Below are positions 37,830 through 46,028 of a stretch of 64,000 nucleotides of DNA, piece after piece. The translations under genes and the position numbers were made by a program. The first letter of the stretch is position 1; each line of letters begins with the position of its first letter. The stretch covers positions 77,683-141,682 of the forward strand of contig DDTQ01000010.1 in NCBI GenBank assembly GCA_002344125.1, written 5' to 3'. The notes beneath the pieces were generated by a model. It worked only from the letters and a program-made list of their open reading frames with translations. It was not told the origin of the DNA and made no database searches. Source of the stretch: Ignavibacteria bacterium UBA2360. GTDB lineage: Bacteria; Bacteroidota; Ignavibacteria; Tepidaquicellales; OLB5.

Positions 37830-40244
37830 ATGAATAACACACAATTTCCGTTTAAAACATCATTTTCACTGGATAAACTCATCGATTTCTGGCGAAAATC
37901 AGCAGAAAGTTCCGAAGAGTGCATTGGCACTGAATTCGCCCGAAGGCTTGTACATGATATTGAACAGGTTCCTGAACTAAACGGCTCAATTTCTGATTAC
38001 TCTGTGCTGCATAAACACAAAGAACTGGTTGGTGCTCTGATGTCTGCTATTATTACTCCGGCTTACTGGAACACTAATCTGACTTCTGTCTGCCTTCCGT
38101 TGTTAAGTACCTCAATATATGCTACTCCCAAATTCAACGAACTCTTCGTTGATGATAGCGGAAACTTCACACACGATCTCAATGTTTCCAGGGAATATTT
38201 TGATATTGGAAAGATCATAACTGTTTACGCGACCATACTCAAACGTGTGTACAATGTAGATATGACGATAATCGTTCCGCTTATAAGAACGATAACGGAT
38301 AAAGATACCGGCCTTGAAAGATTTTACAAAATGAATTTGGATGACCGGTTCATAGATGTTAACATAAACGGTACACTGCCCGAAATAAAACAGGAGCAGA
38401 TCACACTTCTTTCGGAGAATATGTTTAATATTCAGCTGTGGAATGAGATCATTCCGCCTGATCTGATTGAATTCACAGGATTCCTTGTTGTAAATATGTT
38501 CGAAGTGACTGACCAGGAAGCGCTTTCAAAACTGAAATTCGATCTGCTTGATAAGAATATTCTCACTTCACCAAATGGTTTTTCTACCCTTGAAAAACGT
38601 ATCAGAACAATGTTCCGCAACCCGGAATTAAGGCTTGGCATTGCTTCATTTACAGATGATAAAACCACCATCATGCGCAGCGGCACAAAAATAGGGGAGA
38701 GTTTTATTTTAAGTGAATCTTGCGCGGAAAATTGCACTGATTATGATGATTCAATTTATGAAAAAGCCGTTAACAGCGGCGAACCGCAGATAATTTATGA
38801 TCTTAACATTCTGCCGAACTGCACCAAGGTTGAAAAAGAGATACGCAAAATGGGCATCCGTAACCTTATGATCGCTCCGCTTGTATTCGAAGGTAAAACA
38901 ATTGGCGTCATGGAGCTCGGCTCTCCAAAAGCCGGTTCGCTTAATTCCATAAACGCGCTGAAACTGATCGAGATCCTTCCGCTCTTCTCGCTTGCGCTTA
39001 AACGCAGCCTCGAAGATATAGAAAACCGCATTCAGGCTATCATTAAAGAAAAATGTACGGCAGTGCACCCCGCTGTGGAGTGGCGTTTCCGTAAAGCGGC
39101 TATGAACCTGATTGAAAAGGAATCTTCCGATGAGTTCGCCAACATGGAAGATATTATCTTTAAAGATGTTTACCCGCTTTACGCGCTTTCTGATATCAGG
39201 AATTCTTCTGCAACTCGCAATAAGGCTATTCAGAAAGATCTCAGGGATAATTTAAAACTTGCAAAGGAAATAATCTCTGCTGCATCATCTGTAAAATTAA
39301 TGCCTGAGTTTGAGCATATTATTTACAAGATAGAAAAGCACATCTATTTACTTGAAGATGGTTTACAGACAGGTGATGAAGCCGCAGTCCAGGCATTCCT
39401 GAAAAAGGAGATCGAGCCGCTCTTTGATAGTATAACAAATTTAAGCAGCGATACGCGCTCCGCAATAGAGAGGTACAATAACGCTGTTGATAAAGAAATT
39501 GGGCTTGTTTATCGCAAACGCAAGGAATATGACCACAGCGTAAAAACACTGAACGAAAATATCGCTTCTATTGTTGATGATGAAGAAGCATATGCGCAAA
39601 CTATTTTTCCGCATTACTTTGAAAAATATAAAACTGATGGCGTTGAATATACTATGTATATCGGCGATTCAATTTCGGAAAAGGGCAGTTTTCACCCGGT
39701 TTATCTCAAAAACCTGAGATTATGGCAGTTTATACTCATGTGCCGGGTCGCGGCTATGGCTGAAAAAGTCAAACCAATGCTCAAAATTCAGCTTGAGCTC
39801 GCGCATCTTGTGCTTGTGCAGAATACTCCTCTGGCTATAAGGTTTCACCATGACCAGAAAAAATTCGATGTTGACGGCACATATAATGTGCATTATGAAA
39901 TAATGAAGAAACGAATTGATAAAGCTGAGATCCGCGGAAAAGAAGAACGCCTCACACAGCCTGGCAAAATAGCTGTCGTCTATTCGCAGCAATCCGAAGC
40001 AAATGAGTATGTGCAGTATATTGAATACCTCCAGGCAAAAGGATTCCTTAAAAAAGAAGTAGAGCACCTGGAACTTGAGGACCTGCAGGGAGTATATGGA
40101 TTAAGGGCTATAAGAGTTACAGTTGATCTTGAATCCAAAGTTTATGATTCCGCTTTAAAAAGCGATTTAAACGGGAAAAGTGATTTAAACTTGAAAAGTG
40201 ATCTAAACGTGAAAAGTGATTTTAAAGAATTTATAAAAGTATAG
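37830..40244 (+). CDS. Large cytoplasmic GAF-domain protein with unidentified C-terminal (output?) region
   Basis: GAF-like core (MGIRNLMIAPLVFEGKTIGVMELGSPKAGSLNS). No TM and no kinase, cyclase, HD or HTH motif that I can see. Hexapeptide repeats at the C-terminus. Confidence 0.65.
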   Translation: MNNTQFPFKTSFSLDKLIDFWRKSAESSEECIGTEFARRLVHDIEQVPELNGSISDYSVLHKHKELVGALMSAIITPAYWNTNLTSVCLPLLSTSIYATPKFNELFVDDSGNFTHDLNVSREYFDIGKIITVYATILKRVYNVDMTIIVPLIRTITDKDTGLERFYKMNLDDRFIDVNINGTLPEIKQEQITLLSENMFNIQLWNEIIPPDLIEFTGFLVVNMFEVTDQEALSKLKFDLLDKNILTSPNGFSTLEKRIRTMFRNPELRLGIASFTDDKTTIMRSGTKIGESFILSESCAENCTDYDDSIYEKAVNSGEPQIIYDLNILPNCTKVEKEIRKMGIRNLMIAPLVFEGKTIGVMELGSPKAGSLNSINALKLIEILPLFSLALKRSLEDIENRIQAIIKEKCTAVHPAVEWRFRKAAMNLIEKESSDEFANMEDIIFKDVYPLYALSDIRNSSATRNKAIQKDLRDNLKLAKEIISAASSVKLMPEFEHIIYKIEKHIYLLEDGLQTGDEAAVQAFLKKEIEPLFDSITNLSSDTRSAIERYNNAVDKEIGLVYRKRKEYDHSVKTLNENIASIVDDEEAYAQTIFPHYFEKYKTDGVEYTMYIGDSISEKGSFHPVYLKNLRLWQFILMCRVAAMAEKVKPMLKIQLELAHLVLVQNTPLAIRFHHDQKKFDVDGTYNVHYEIMKKRIDKAEIRGKEERLTQPGKIAVVYSQQSEANEYVQYIEYLQAKGFLKKEVEHLELEDLQGVYGLRAIRVTVDLESKVYDSALKSDLNGKSDLNLKSDLNVKSDFKEFIKV
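40158..40229 (+). repeat. In-frame 18-nt x 4 tandem repeat (KSDLNG/KSDLNL/KSDLNV/KSDFKE)
   Basis: aaaagcgatttaaacggg aaaagtgatttaaacttg aaaagtgatctaaacgtg aaaagtgattttaaagaa. Confidence 0.9.
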
Positions 40245-40257
40245 GTTTTAAAAATAA

Positions 40258-41253
40258 ATGACATTCTGGAAAAAATTTTTATTGGGCATTGCTGGGCTGT
40301 TCATCGCGTTTCTGCTGATGAACTTCATTGTAATGCCATGGTACGTAAGACACGATACGCTTGTTAAGGTACCGGGTGTTGTGGGCCTATCTTTTGATGA
40401 AGCAAAAAAGCAGCTTGATGAAGCCGGGCTCGAGGGCCTGCAGGGTGATATCAGGTATGACCCTGCAAAACCCATTGGAACTGTTGTTGATCAGAATCCG
40501 CCGGCGGACCAAACCGTTAAAGATGGCAGAAGGATATATCTTATCATAAGCGGAGGTGAGCAGCTTTATGATGTACCTAACCTTGTGGGCAGAACGCTGC
40601 GCGAAGCTAAGTTCATGCTGAATCAGCGCAATTTGGATGCCCAGGAAGTTGAATACAAGCCTTCGGCGCAATACCCTACGGGCATTGTCCTTGGACAAAT
40701 TGAGAACGCAGGCTCCAAAGTAAAAAAAGGTACTCGAATAGGAGTCATTGTGTCAACCGGAATGGATGCCGGGGATATCAAGGTACCCGATCTTACCGGC
40801 AAGAACATAGAAGAAGCCAAAAAGCTTCTTGCTGTTAATAAGCTCACTATTGGCAAGATCAACTATCAGCCTTCTGCCAATGTACCGCTGAACTCTGTCA
40901 TAGATCAGTATCCCAAAGCAAACACTATGGCAAAAGAAAACCAGAAGATAGATGTTTTTGTTAACCGCGAAAATAAAAAGAAAATAGTTATCGAAGGTGA
41001 AGAGGACGGTATTAAGGAATCTGAACAGGAAGTTAAGCCTGATGACGGCGAATTTAAAGATGATTCCAGAAAAGATGATAAGAAAAAGGATGATGTGAAG
41101 TCCAAACCTACCGATAAAGATAAAAAGGGTGATGTTAAAACGAAACCCACAGATAAAAAAGACGAGAAGAAAACCACTCCTCAGCCTAAAAATGAAAAGG
41201 ATAAAGATAAAAAGGACGGTACAAAGAAAAATAATGAAGGTACCAATTTCTGA
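40258..41253 (+). CDS. Membrane-anchored protein with three PASTA repeats and a Lys/Asp-rich tail (no kinase or PBP domain)
   Basis: One N-terminal TM (LLGIAGLFIAFLLMNFIVMPWYV). Three repeats of the VP.L.G....A...L......(I/V)..Y type. The tail is KDDKKKDDVKSKPTDKDKKGDVKTKPTDKK... Confidence 0.85.
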   Translation: MTFWKKFLLGIAGLFIAFLLMNFIVMPWYVRHDTLVKVPGVVGLSFDEAKKQLDEAGLEGLQGDIRYDPAKPIGTVVDQNPPADQTVKDGRRIYLIISGGEQLYDVPNLVGRTLREAKFMLNQRNLDAQEVEYKPSAQYPTGIVLGQIENAGSKVKKGTRIGVIVSTGMDAGDIKVPDLTGKNIEEAKKLLAVNKLTIGKINYQPSANVPLNSVIDQYPKANTMAKENQKIDVFVNRENKKKIVIEGEEDGIKESEQEVKPDDGEFKDDSRKDDKKKDDVKSKPTDKDKKGDVKTKPTDKKDEKKTTPQPKNEKDKDKKDGTKKNNEGTNF

Positions 41254-41278
41254 TAATTTTAGATATAACATGTAAACT

Positions 41279-41932
41279 ATGAAACTTATAGCTCCATCTG
41301 TGCTTTCTGCGGATTTTTCTCAGATAGCTTCCCAAATTGAAATGATAACCGATGCAGGAGCTGACCTCCTGCATCTTGATGTTATGGACGGGCACTTTGT
41401 GCCCAATATTACATTCGGTCCCAAAATGGTCGCCGATATTCGCAAGCTCACTAAACTCACCCTTGATGTACACCTGATGATAAGTGAACCCGAAAAATAT
41501 GTCAATGAATTCGCAAAAGCAGGGGCTGACTGGATAAGCGTTCATCATGAAGCTTCAAAACACCTCAACAGGCTTGTTAACCAAATAAAAGACACTGGCG
41601 CAAAAGCAGGTGTTGTGCTTAATCCCGCGACTTCTGTTGATGTGCTCGAGGAAATTCTGCCTTACGCTGATTTTATTCTCCTTATGTCGGTAAACCCCGG
41701 CTTCGGAGGCCAGAAGTTCATTACAACATCAACCGCTAAAGCTAAAAAGCTTTCAGCTATGATCAAAGAACAAAACACAAAGACATTCATAGAAATGGAT
41801 GGCGGTATTGGCATTGAAAATATCAAAATGCTGAGCGATGCCGGAGTAAATGTTTTTGTTGCCGGGAATGCTGTTTTCGGCTCTGCTGATCCCGCAGAAA
41901 CAATTACCAAAATGAAAAAACTGATTGCTTAA
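41279..41932 (+). CDS. rpe: Ribulose-phosphate 3-epimerase
   Basis: IAPSVLSADF, HLDVMDGHFVPN, MSVNPGFGGQKFI. Confidence 0.95.
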   Translation: MKLIAPSVLSADFSQIASQIEMITDAGADLLHLDVMDGHFVPNITFGPKMVADIRKLTKLTLDVHLMISEPEKYVNEFAKAGADWISVHHEASKHLNRLVNQIKDTGAKAGVVLNPATSVDVLEEILPYADFILLMSVNPGFGGQKFITTSTAKAKKLSAMIKEQNTKTFIEMDGGIGIENIKMLSDAGVNVFVAGNAVFGSADPAETITKMKKLIA

Positions 41933-41958
41933 ACAGATTTGAAACTAAGATCAATTAT

Positions 41959-43548
41959 ATGAGACCCGCATTTACATTCTCTGAAATAAGGGAAGCTGAA
42001 AAAGTAATAATAGAAAAAGAGGGAATACCCTCTTTAATTTTAATGGAAAATGCGGGGAAAAATTCATTTGATGTGATTTCATCAATTTACCCTGATCTCG
42101 GTGAAAGAACCATTTTCATTGTTTGCGGCAAAGGGAATAATGCAGGCGATGGCTATGTTGCCGCACGCAATTTTCTGATAAATTCTATACCTGTTGAGAT
42201 TTTTAATTTATCCGGTCAGAGTGAACTCAAAGGCGACGCTTTGGTCAATTATGATATCCTCGCAAAGCTTTCTTCAAAGCTTTGCATTATGCACACCATC
42301 ACCGGGGGTGATCCCGATATACTTTACAGCTCACTTAACAATGTTAAAGGAAAAGCATTAATAATTGATGCCATTCTTGGAAGCGGTATTAAAGGCAGTG
42401 TCACTGGACTCTACGAAAAAATTATTGATCAGATAAATTCAGTTAAACATAAAAATTTTAAGATCGATGTGGTCTCTTTGGATGTGCCAAGCGGGCTTGG
42501 CGAAGGTAATACCGAAGGCGCTGTTATTGACGCCTGTCATACAATAACAATGGGCGCAATTAAGACAGATCTTTTGTTTGGGAAAGGTAAAGAAAACTCA
42601 GGCAAAGTTTATGTGGTCCCAATCGGTATAACCAATGATTTGTTTGAACGGGTTAATACTTACAACAAGTTCTTAATAGAAGAATACGATGTTAAAAAAC
42701 TGATTCCTAAACGAAAAAAAACTTCCTATAAATACTCTAATGGTAAAACTTTGATCATAGGCGGTTCAAAGGGATTATCGGGCGCGGTAATAATGAGCTC
42801 ACTTGCCGCATTAAAATGCGGCTCTGGAGCGGTGCTTGCAGCTTTCCCGCACTCCATAAGCGCGCACTTCAGCCGCAAACTTGCTGAAGTGATAAAGACC
42901 GAATTGAATGAAACCACCGATGGCTCAATTGCCGGTGATTCATTCAGCAGTATCCAGAAGCAAATAGATAAAGCCGATGCAGTACTTATCGGTCCCGGCT
43001 TATCATTGAATCCTGAAACCGCAAATTTCCTGTATGATGTGATCACAAATTCCATGAAACCGCTTGTTATAGACGCGGATGCATTAACCCTGCTTGCCGG
43101 AAATCTGGGAATACTAAACGAAAGGAAAGGCGGCAGTGAAGTAATTCTTACTCCGCATATAGGTGAGTTTGCAAAGCTCACAGGCAAAACCCCTGAAGAA
43201 ATAAATGCTGATAGATTTGAACTCACAAAGCAGTTTGCAAAGGAATTTAACGTCAATGTAGTTCTCAAATCAGAAACAACAATAAGCTGTTCAAGCGATG
43301 GCGAAATATTCATAAATGATTCAGGCAATGAGCAGCTTGGCTCAGCAGGCTCAGGAGATGTTCTTTCGGGTATAATAACATCACTGCTTGCGCAAACCGG
43401 AAACGCGAGAACTGCTATGATTTGCGGCAATTATATCCACGGCATGCTTGCCGATATGTATTTTGATAAGTATGGCAACAAACAATCAGCTTCGCAGCAG
43501 GATCTGATCAAGTTCATTCCCAATGTAATTACAGAGTTATTGAATTGA
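41959..43548 (+). CDS. nnr: Bifunctional NAD(P)H-hydrate repair enzyme (epimerase + ADP-dependent dehydratase)
   Basis: YjeF-N (CGKGNNAGDGYVAAR) and the C-terminal carbohydrate-kinase domain (GSAGSGDVLSGII). Confidence 0.9.
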   Translation: MRPAFTFSEIREAEKVIIEKEGIPSLILMENAGKNSFDVISSIYPDLGERTIFIVCGKGNNAGDGYVAARNFLINSIPVEIFNLSGQSELKGDALVNYDILAKLSSKLCIMHTITGGDPDILYSSLNNVKGKALIIDAILGSGIKGSVTGLYEKIIDQINSVKHKNFKIDVVSLDVPSGLGEGNTEGAVIDACHTITMGAIKTDLLFGKGKENSGKVYVVPIGITNDLFERVNTYNKFLIEEYDVKKLIPKRKKTSYKYSNGKTLIIGGSKGLSGAVIMSSLAALKCGSGAVLAAFPHSISAHFSRKLAEVIKTELNETTDGSIAGDSFSSIQKQIDKADAVLIGPGLSLNPETANFLYDVITNSMKPLVIDADALTLLAGNLGILNERKGGSEVILTPHIGEFAKLTGKTPEEINADRFELTKQFAKEFNVNVVLKSETTISCSSDGEIFINDSGNEQLGSAGSGDVLSGIITSLLAQTGNARTAMICGNYIHGMLADMYFDKYGNKQSASQQDLIKFIPNVITELLN

Positions 43549-43559
43549 TCCTGTTGTAG

Positions 43560-43598
43560 CAAACATTCCCAAACAGGAGTTTGGGAATGAGTATTAAA
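43560..43598. repeat. 39-nt perfect direct repeat, copy 1 (contains TTCCCAAAC hairpin copy 2 of 5, 43564-43589)
   Basis: caaacattcccaaacaggagtttgggaatgagtattaaa, identical to 43748-43786. Confidence 0.95.
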
Positions 43599-43605
43599 CA
43601 ACAAA

Positions 43606-43640
43606 CAGCTTCGCAGCAGGATCTGATCAAGTTCATTCCC
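43606..43640 (+). repeat. 35-nt exact duplicate of the nnr 3' coding tail (43487-43521)
   Basis: cagcttcgcagcaggatctgatcaagttcattccc occurs at both positions. The second copy continues as a diverged alternative C-terminus (..IKFIPAVFTGILN vs ..IKFIPNVITELLN). Confidence 0.95.
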
Positions 43641-43687
43641 GCTGTATTTACCGGGATACTGAACATTTGCAAGGAGTGAGGGATAAA

Positions 43688-43735
43688 ATTTTGCGAGCGA
43701 AGCGCTTGCCTGCCTTTGGCATGGAAGCAATCTCA
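43688..43735. repeat. Repeat module (inverted copy of the 8294/19887 element)
   Basis: ttttgcgagcgaagcgcttgcctgcctttggcatggaagcaatctca. Its reverse complement aligns at roughly 85-90% with 8294-8340. Confidence 0.85.
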
Positions 43736-43747
43736 TCAATAGTGCAA

Positions 43748-43786
43748 CAAACATTCCCAAACAGGAGTTTGGGAATGAGTATTAAA
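43748..43786. repeat. 39-nt perfect direct repeat, copy 2 (contains TTCCCAAAC hairpin copy 3 of 5, 43752-43777)
   Basis: Identical to 43560-43598. Confidence 0.95.
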
Positions 43787-43825
43787 AAACAGTCACAATT
43801 TTTGAAAGCCTTTTATCATGAGTAG

Positions 43826-43845
43826 CCACGACCTTTAGGTCGTGG
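43826..43845. repeat. CCACGACC-TTTA-GGTCGTGG hairpin (short form of the 19674 / 56564 element)
   Basis: The long forms carry a 17-18 nt insert (cttgactgccactgcag) between the same arms. It is followed by the ggggctttagcccc hairpin at 43869-43882. Confidence 0.8.
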
Positions 43846-43958
43846 GTAAATGAGGGAAAAAAAATATGGGGCTTTAGCCCCGGTATTGATGTTCAAAATT
43901 CAACCAAATACATCTGAAAAAATTTCTTAAATATCACTTCCCGTTCATTTTATGGGCA

Positions 43959-44312
43959 TTGATAATATTCATACAATCAAGTTTCCCGGCTGTTGAGCTT
44001 CCCAAAGTGGAGCTTTTCAGCTTTGATAAACTCGTGCACGCCGGTGTATTCGGTTTGCTTGCGGCTTTAGGATATTTGTCATTCATTAATCTGAATCCCG
44101 AAAGTACATTCACAAGATCGCCGTATGTATGGAGCGCAGTTGTTTGCATACTTTACGGCGCCTCAGATGAAATTCACCAGTATTTTGTGCCAAACCGCTC
44201 ATCTGAAGTTCTTGATTGGGTAGCCGACGTGATTGGCATATTGATAATGCTGCTGGTTATAAGATATTTTCTTTCTAAAAGATACAAAATGTTCAGGAAG
44301 AGTTTAGCCTGA
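43959..44312 (+). CDS. VanZ-family membrane protein (true start probably upstream, see findings)
   Basis: DKLVHAGVFGLLA and SDEIHQYFVPNRSSEVLDWVADVIG. The frame is open from 43890 and encodes KKFLKYHFPFILWAL.. before the TTG at 43959. Confidence 0.75.
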   Translation: MIIFIQSSFPAVELPKVELFSFDKLVHAGVFGLLAALGYLSFINLNPESTFTRSPYVWSAVVCILYGASDEIHQYFVPNRSSEVLDWVADVIGILIMLLVIRYFLSKRYKMFRKSLA

Positions 44313-44458
44313 ATGCATCGCCGCTAACCGGTTTTTAACACTGAATTTGCTTAATTTTTGTACTGAATCTGGTTCTATAAACGAGTTTTAATTACTCCAT
44401 TTTAAATTGATTATCTTAACAAATATGAGTATTTTTGTAAATATGGGGACATTTAAGA

Positions 44459-45595
44459 ATGTTCTTTAAAGTTCTTTCTCAGGATAGCAATTCTAAAGCA
44501 AGAGTTTCGGAAATTACTACCTCACATGGTACTTTTCAGACTCCTATTTTTATGCCCGTTGGCACACAGGCAACCGTTAAAGCTATTGAGCAGCGCGAGC
44601 TTGTGGAAATTGGAGCAAAGATCATTTTAGGTAATACTTACCATCTTTATTTAAGGCCCGGAACCGATGTTTTAAATAAAGCCGGGGGACTGCATAAATT
44701 CATGAACTGGAACAAGCCGATACTTACTGATAGCGGCGGGTTTCAGGTTTTTAGTTTATCAGCCTTAAGGAAAATTTCTGCCGAAGGCGCCGAATTCAAA
44801 TCGCATTTGGATGGAAGCTCTCACATGTTCACACCCGAAAAAGTTGTGAACATACAGCGCGAAATAGGCAGTGATATAATGATGGTGCTTGATGAATGCC
44901 TCGAAAATCCGGCGGAATATTCCAAAGTTGAAAGTTCAGTTAAGCTAACATCAGGCTGGGCTAAAAGAAGCCGTGATGAATTTTTAAATACAGCACCGCT
45001 TTACGGACATGATCAGTTTCAATTCGGTATTATCCAGGGTTCAGTTTACAATGAGCTTCGAAAACGCTCCGCGTTGGATCTTGCTGAAATGAATTTTGAC
45101 GGCTACGCCATAGGAGGTCTTGCAGTAGGCGAAGAAAATTCAGTAATGTACGATGTGGTTGAATTTACCGAACAGTTCATGCCTCGAGATAAACCCAGGT
45201 ATTTAATGGGCGTAGGTACACCCGAAGATCTGCTGAACGCTATTGAGCGCGGTGTTGATATGTTTGATTGTGTTATGCCAACGCGCAACGCGAGGAATGC
45301 GACAATGTTCACTTCGAGGGGTAAGTTAAGGCTGCGGAACCTGGATAACAAATTCAATTTTGGTGTGATAGATGATGAGGTCTCAAGCTATACATCCGAT
45401 AATTTTACGCCTTCATACTTAAGGCACCTTTTTATGTGCGATGAAATGCTGGCAGCGCAGCTTACTACTATTCACAACTTAAGGTTCTACCTGCACCTGG
45501 TTGAGCGGGCAAGGGAAGCTATCTTAAACAACAGTTTCACGGAATTCAAAAGAAGTTTTTTAGAAAAATATAATTCAGGAATTAAATCAGTTTAA
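44459..45595 (+). CDS. tgt: tRNA-guanine transglycosylase (queuine tRNA-ribosyltransferase)
   Basis: TPIFMPVGTQATVK, LTDSGGFQV, zinc site CxC..C..H region (FDCVMPTRNARN). Confidence 0.95.
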   Translation: MFFKVLSQDSNSKARVSEITTSHGTFQTPIFMPVGTQATVKAIEQRELVEIGAKIILGNTYHLYLRPGTDVLNKAGGLHKFMNWNKPILTDSGGFQVFSLSALRKISAEGAEFKSHLDGSSHMFTPEKVVNIQREIGSDIMMVLDECLENPAEYSKVESSVKLTSGWAKRSRDEFLNTAPLYGHDQFQFGIIQGSVYNELRKRSALDLAEMNFDGYAIGGLAVGEENSVMYDVVEFTEQFMPRDKPRYLMGVGTPEDLLNAIERGVDMFDCVMPTRNARNATMFTSRGKLRLRNLDNKFNFGVIDDEVSSYTSDNFTPSYLRHLFMCDEMLAAQLTTIHNLRFYLHLVERAREAILNNSFTEFKRSFLEKYNSGIKSV

Positions 45596-45637
45596 AAAAA
45601 GTTTAATAATTCAGTAAAGTAAGGAAGGTATATTAAA

Positions 45638-45961
45638 TTGACACATTTATTTATAATATTACAGGCTCAGTCAGATGGCATTGCAAGTCTTGTAAGCTCA
45701 TTGCTGCCGTTCATTCTTATCATTGCGGTATTTTATTTTTTAATATTAAGACCCCAGCAGAAACGCCAGAAGGAAAGAGCGAAACTGCTCGAGGGCGTTA
45801 AAAAAGGCGATAAGATCATTACCTCCGGCGGTATCCACGGTACAGTTGAAGGCGTTGAAGATGATTCTGTGCTTGTCAAAATTGCCGATAACGTAAAGGT
45901 TAAAATGGATAAAGCCGCCATTGGAACAATTGTTGGCTTAACCGATCAGGGCAAGAAGTAA
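45638..45961 (+). CDS. yajC: Preprotein translocase subunit YajC
   Basis: FYFLILRPQQKRQKE..GDKIITSGGIHGTV. TTG start with AAGGAAGG upstream. Confidence 0.9.
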   Translation: MTHLFIILQAQSDGIASLVSSLLPFILIIAVFYFLILRPQQKRQKERAKLLEGVKKGDKIITSGGIHGTVEGVEDDSVLVKIADNVKVKMDKAAIGTIVGLTDQGKK

Positions 45962-46028
45962 CATATTTTATCCTTAATTACAAGGAAACCAATTGTGGCG
46001 TTTTATAAATGATCGCCACATTTTATTT

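Noticed and set aside
42726-43430. 234-aa ORF antisense to nnr; likewise 48073..48690 antisense to the MlaD-like gene, 35550..36062 antisense to nuoI and 16155..16649 antisense to asnB
   Set aside because: These are shadow ORFs inside well-supported genes. They are Ser/Pro/Leu-rich with no motifs and no independent start or SD context.
43560-43786. Possible CRISPR array, because of identical 39-nt repeats and recurring hairpins
   Set aside because: There are only two copies and they are 188 nt apart. The 'spacer' contains a duplicated gene tail and another repeat module. There is no regular repeat-spacer periodicity and no cas genes.
45962-46028. FMN (RFN) riboswitch upstream of ribBA
   Set aside because: Only about 30-65 nt lie between yajC and the ribBA start, which is too short for the roughly 140-nt RFN element. 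None of its conserved core sequences are visible.
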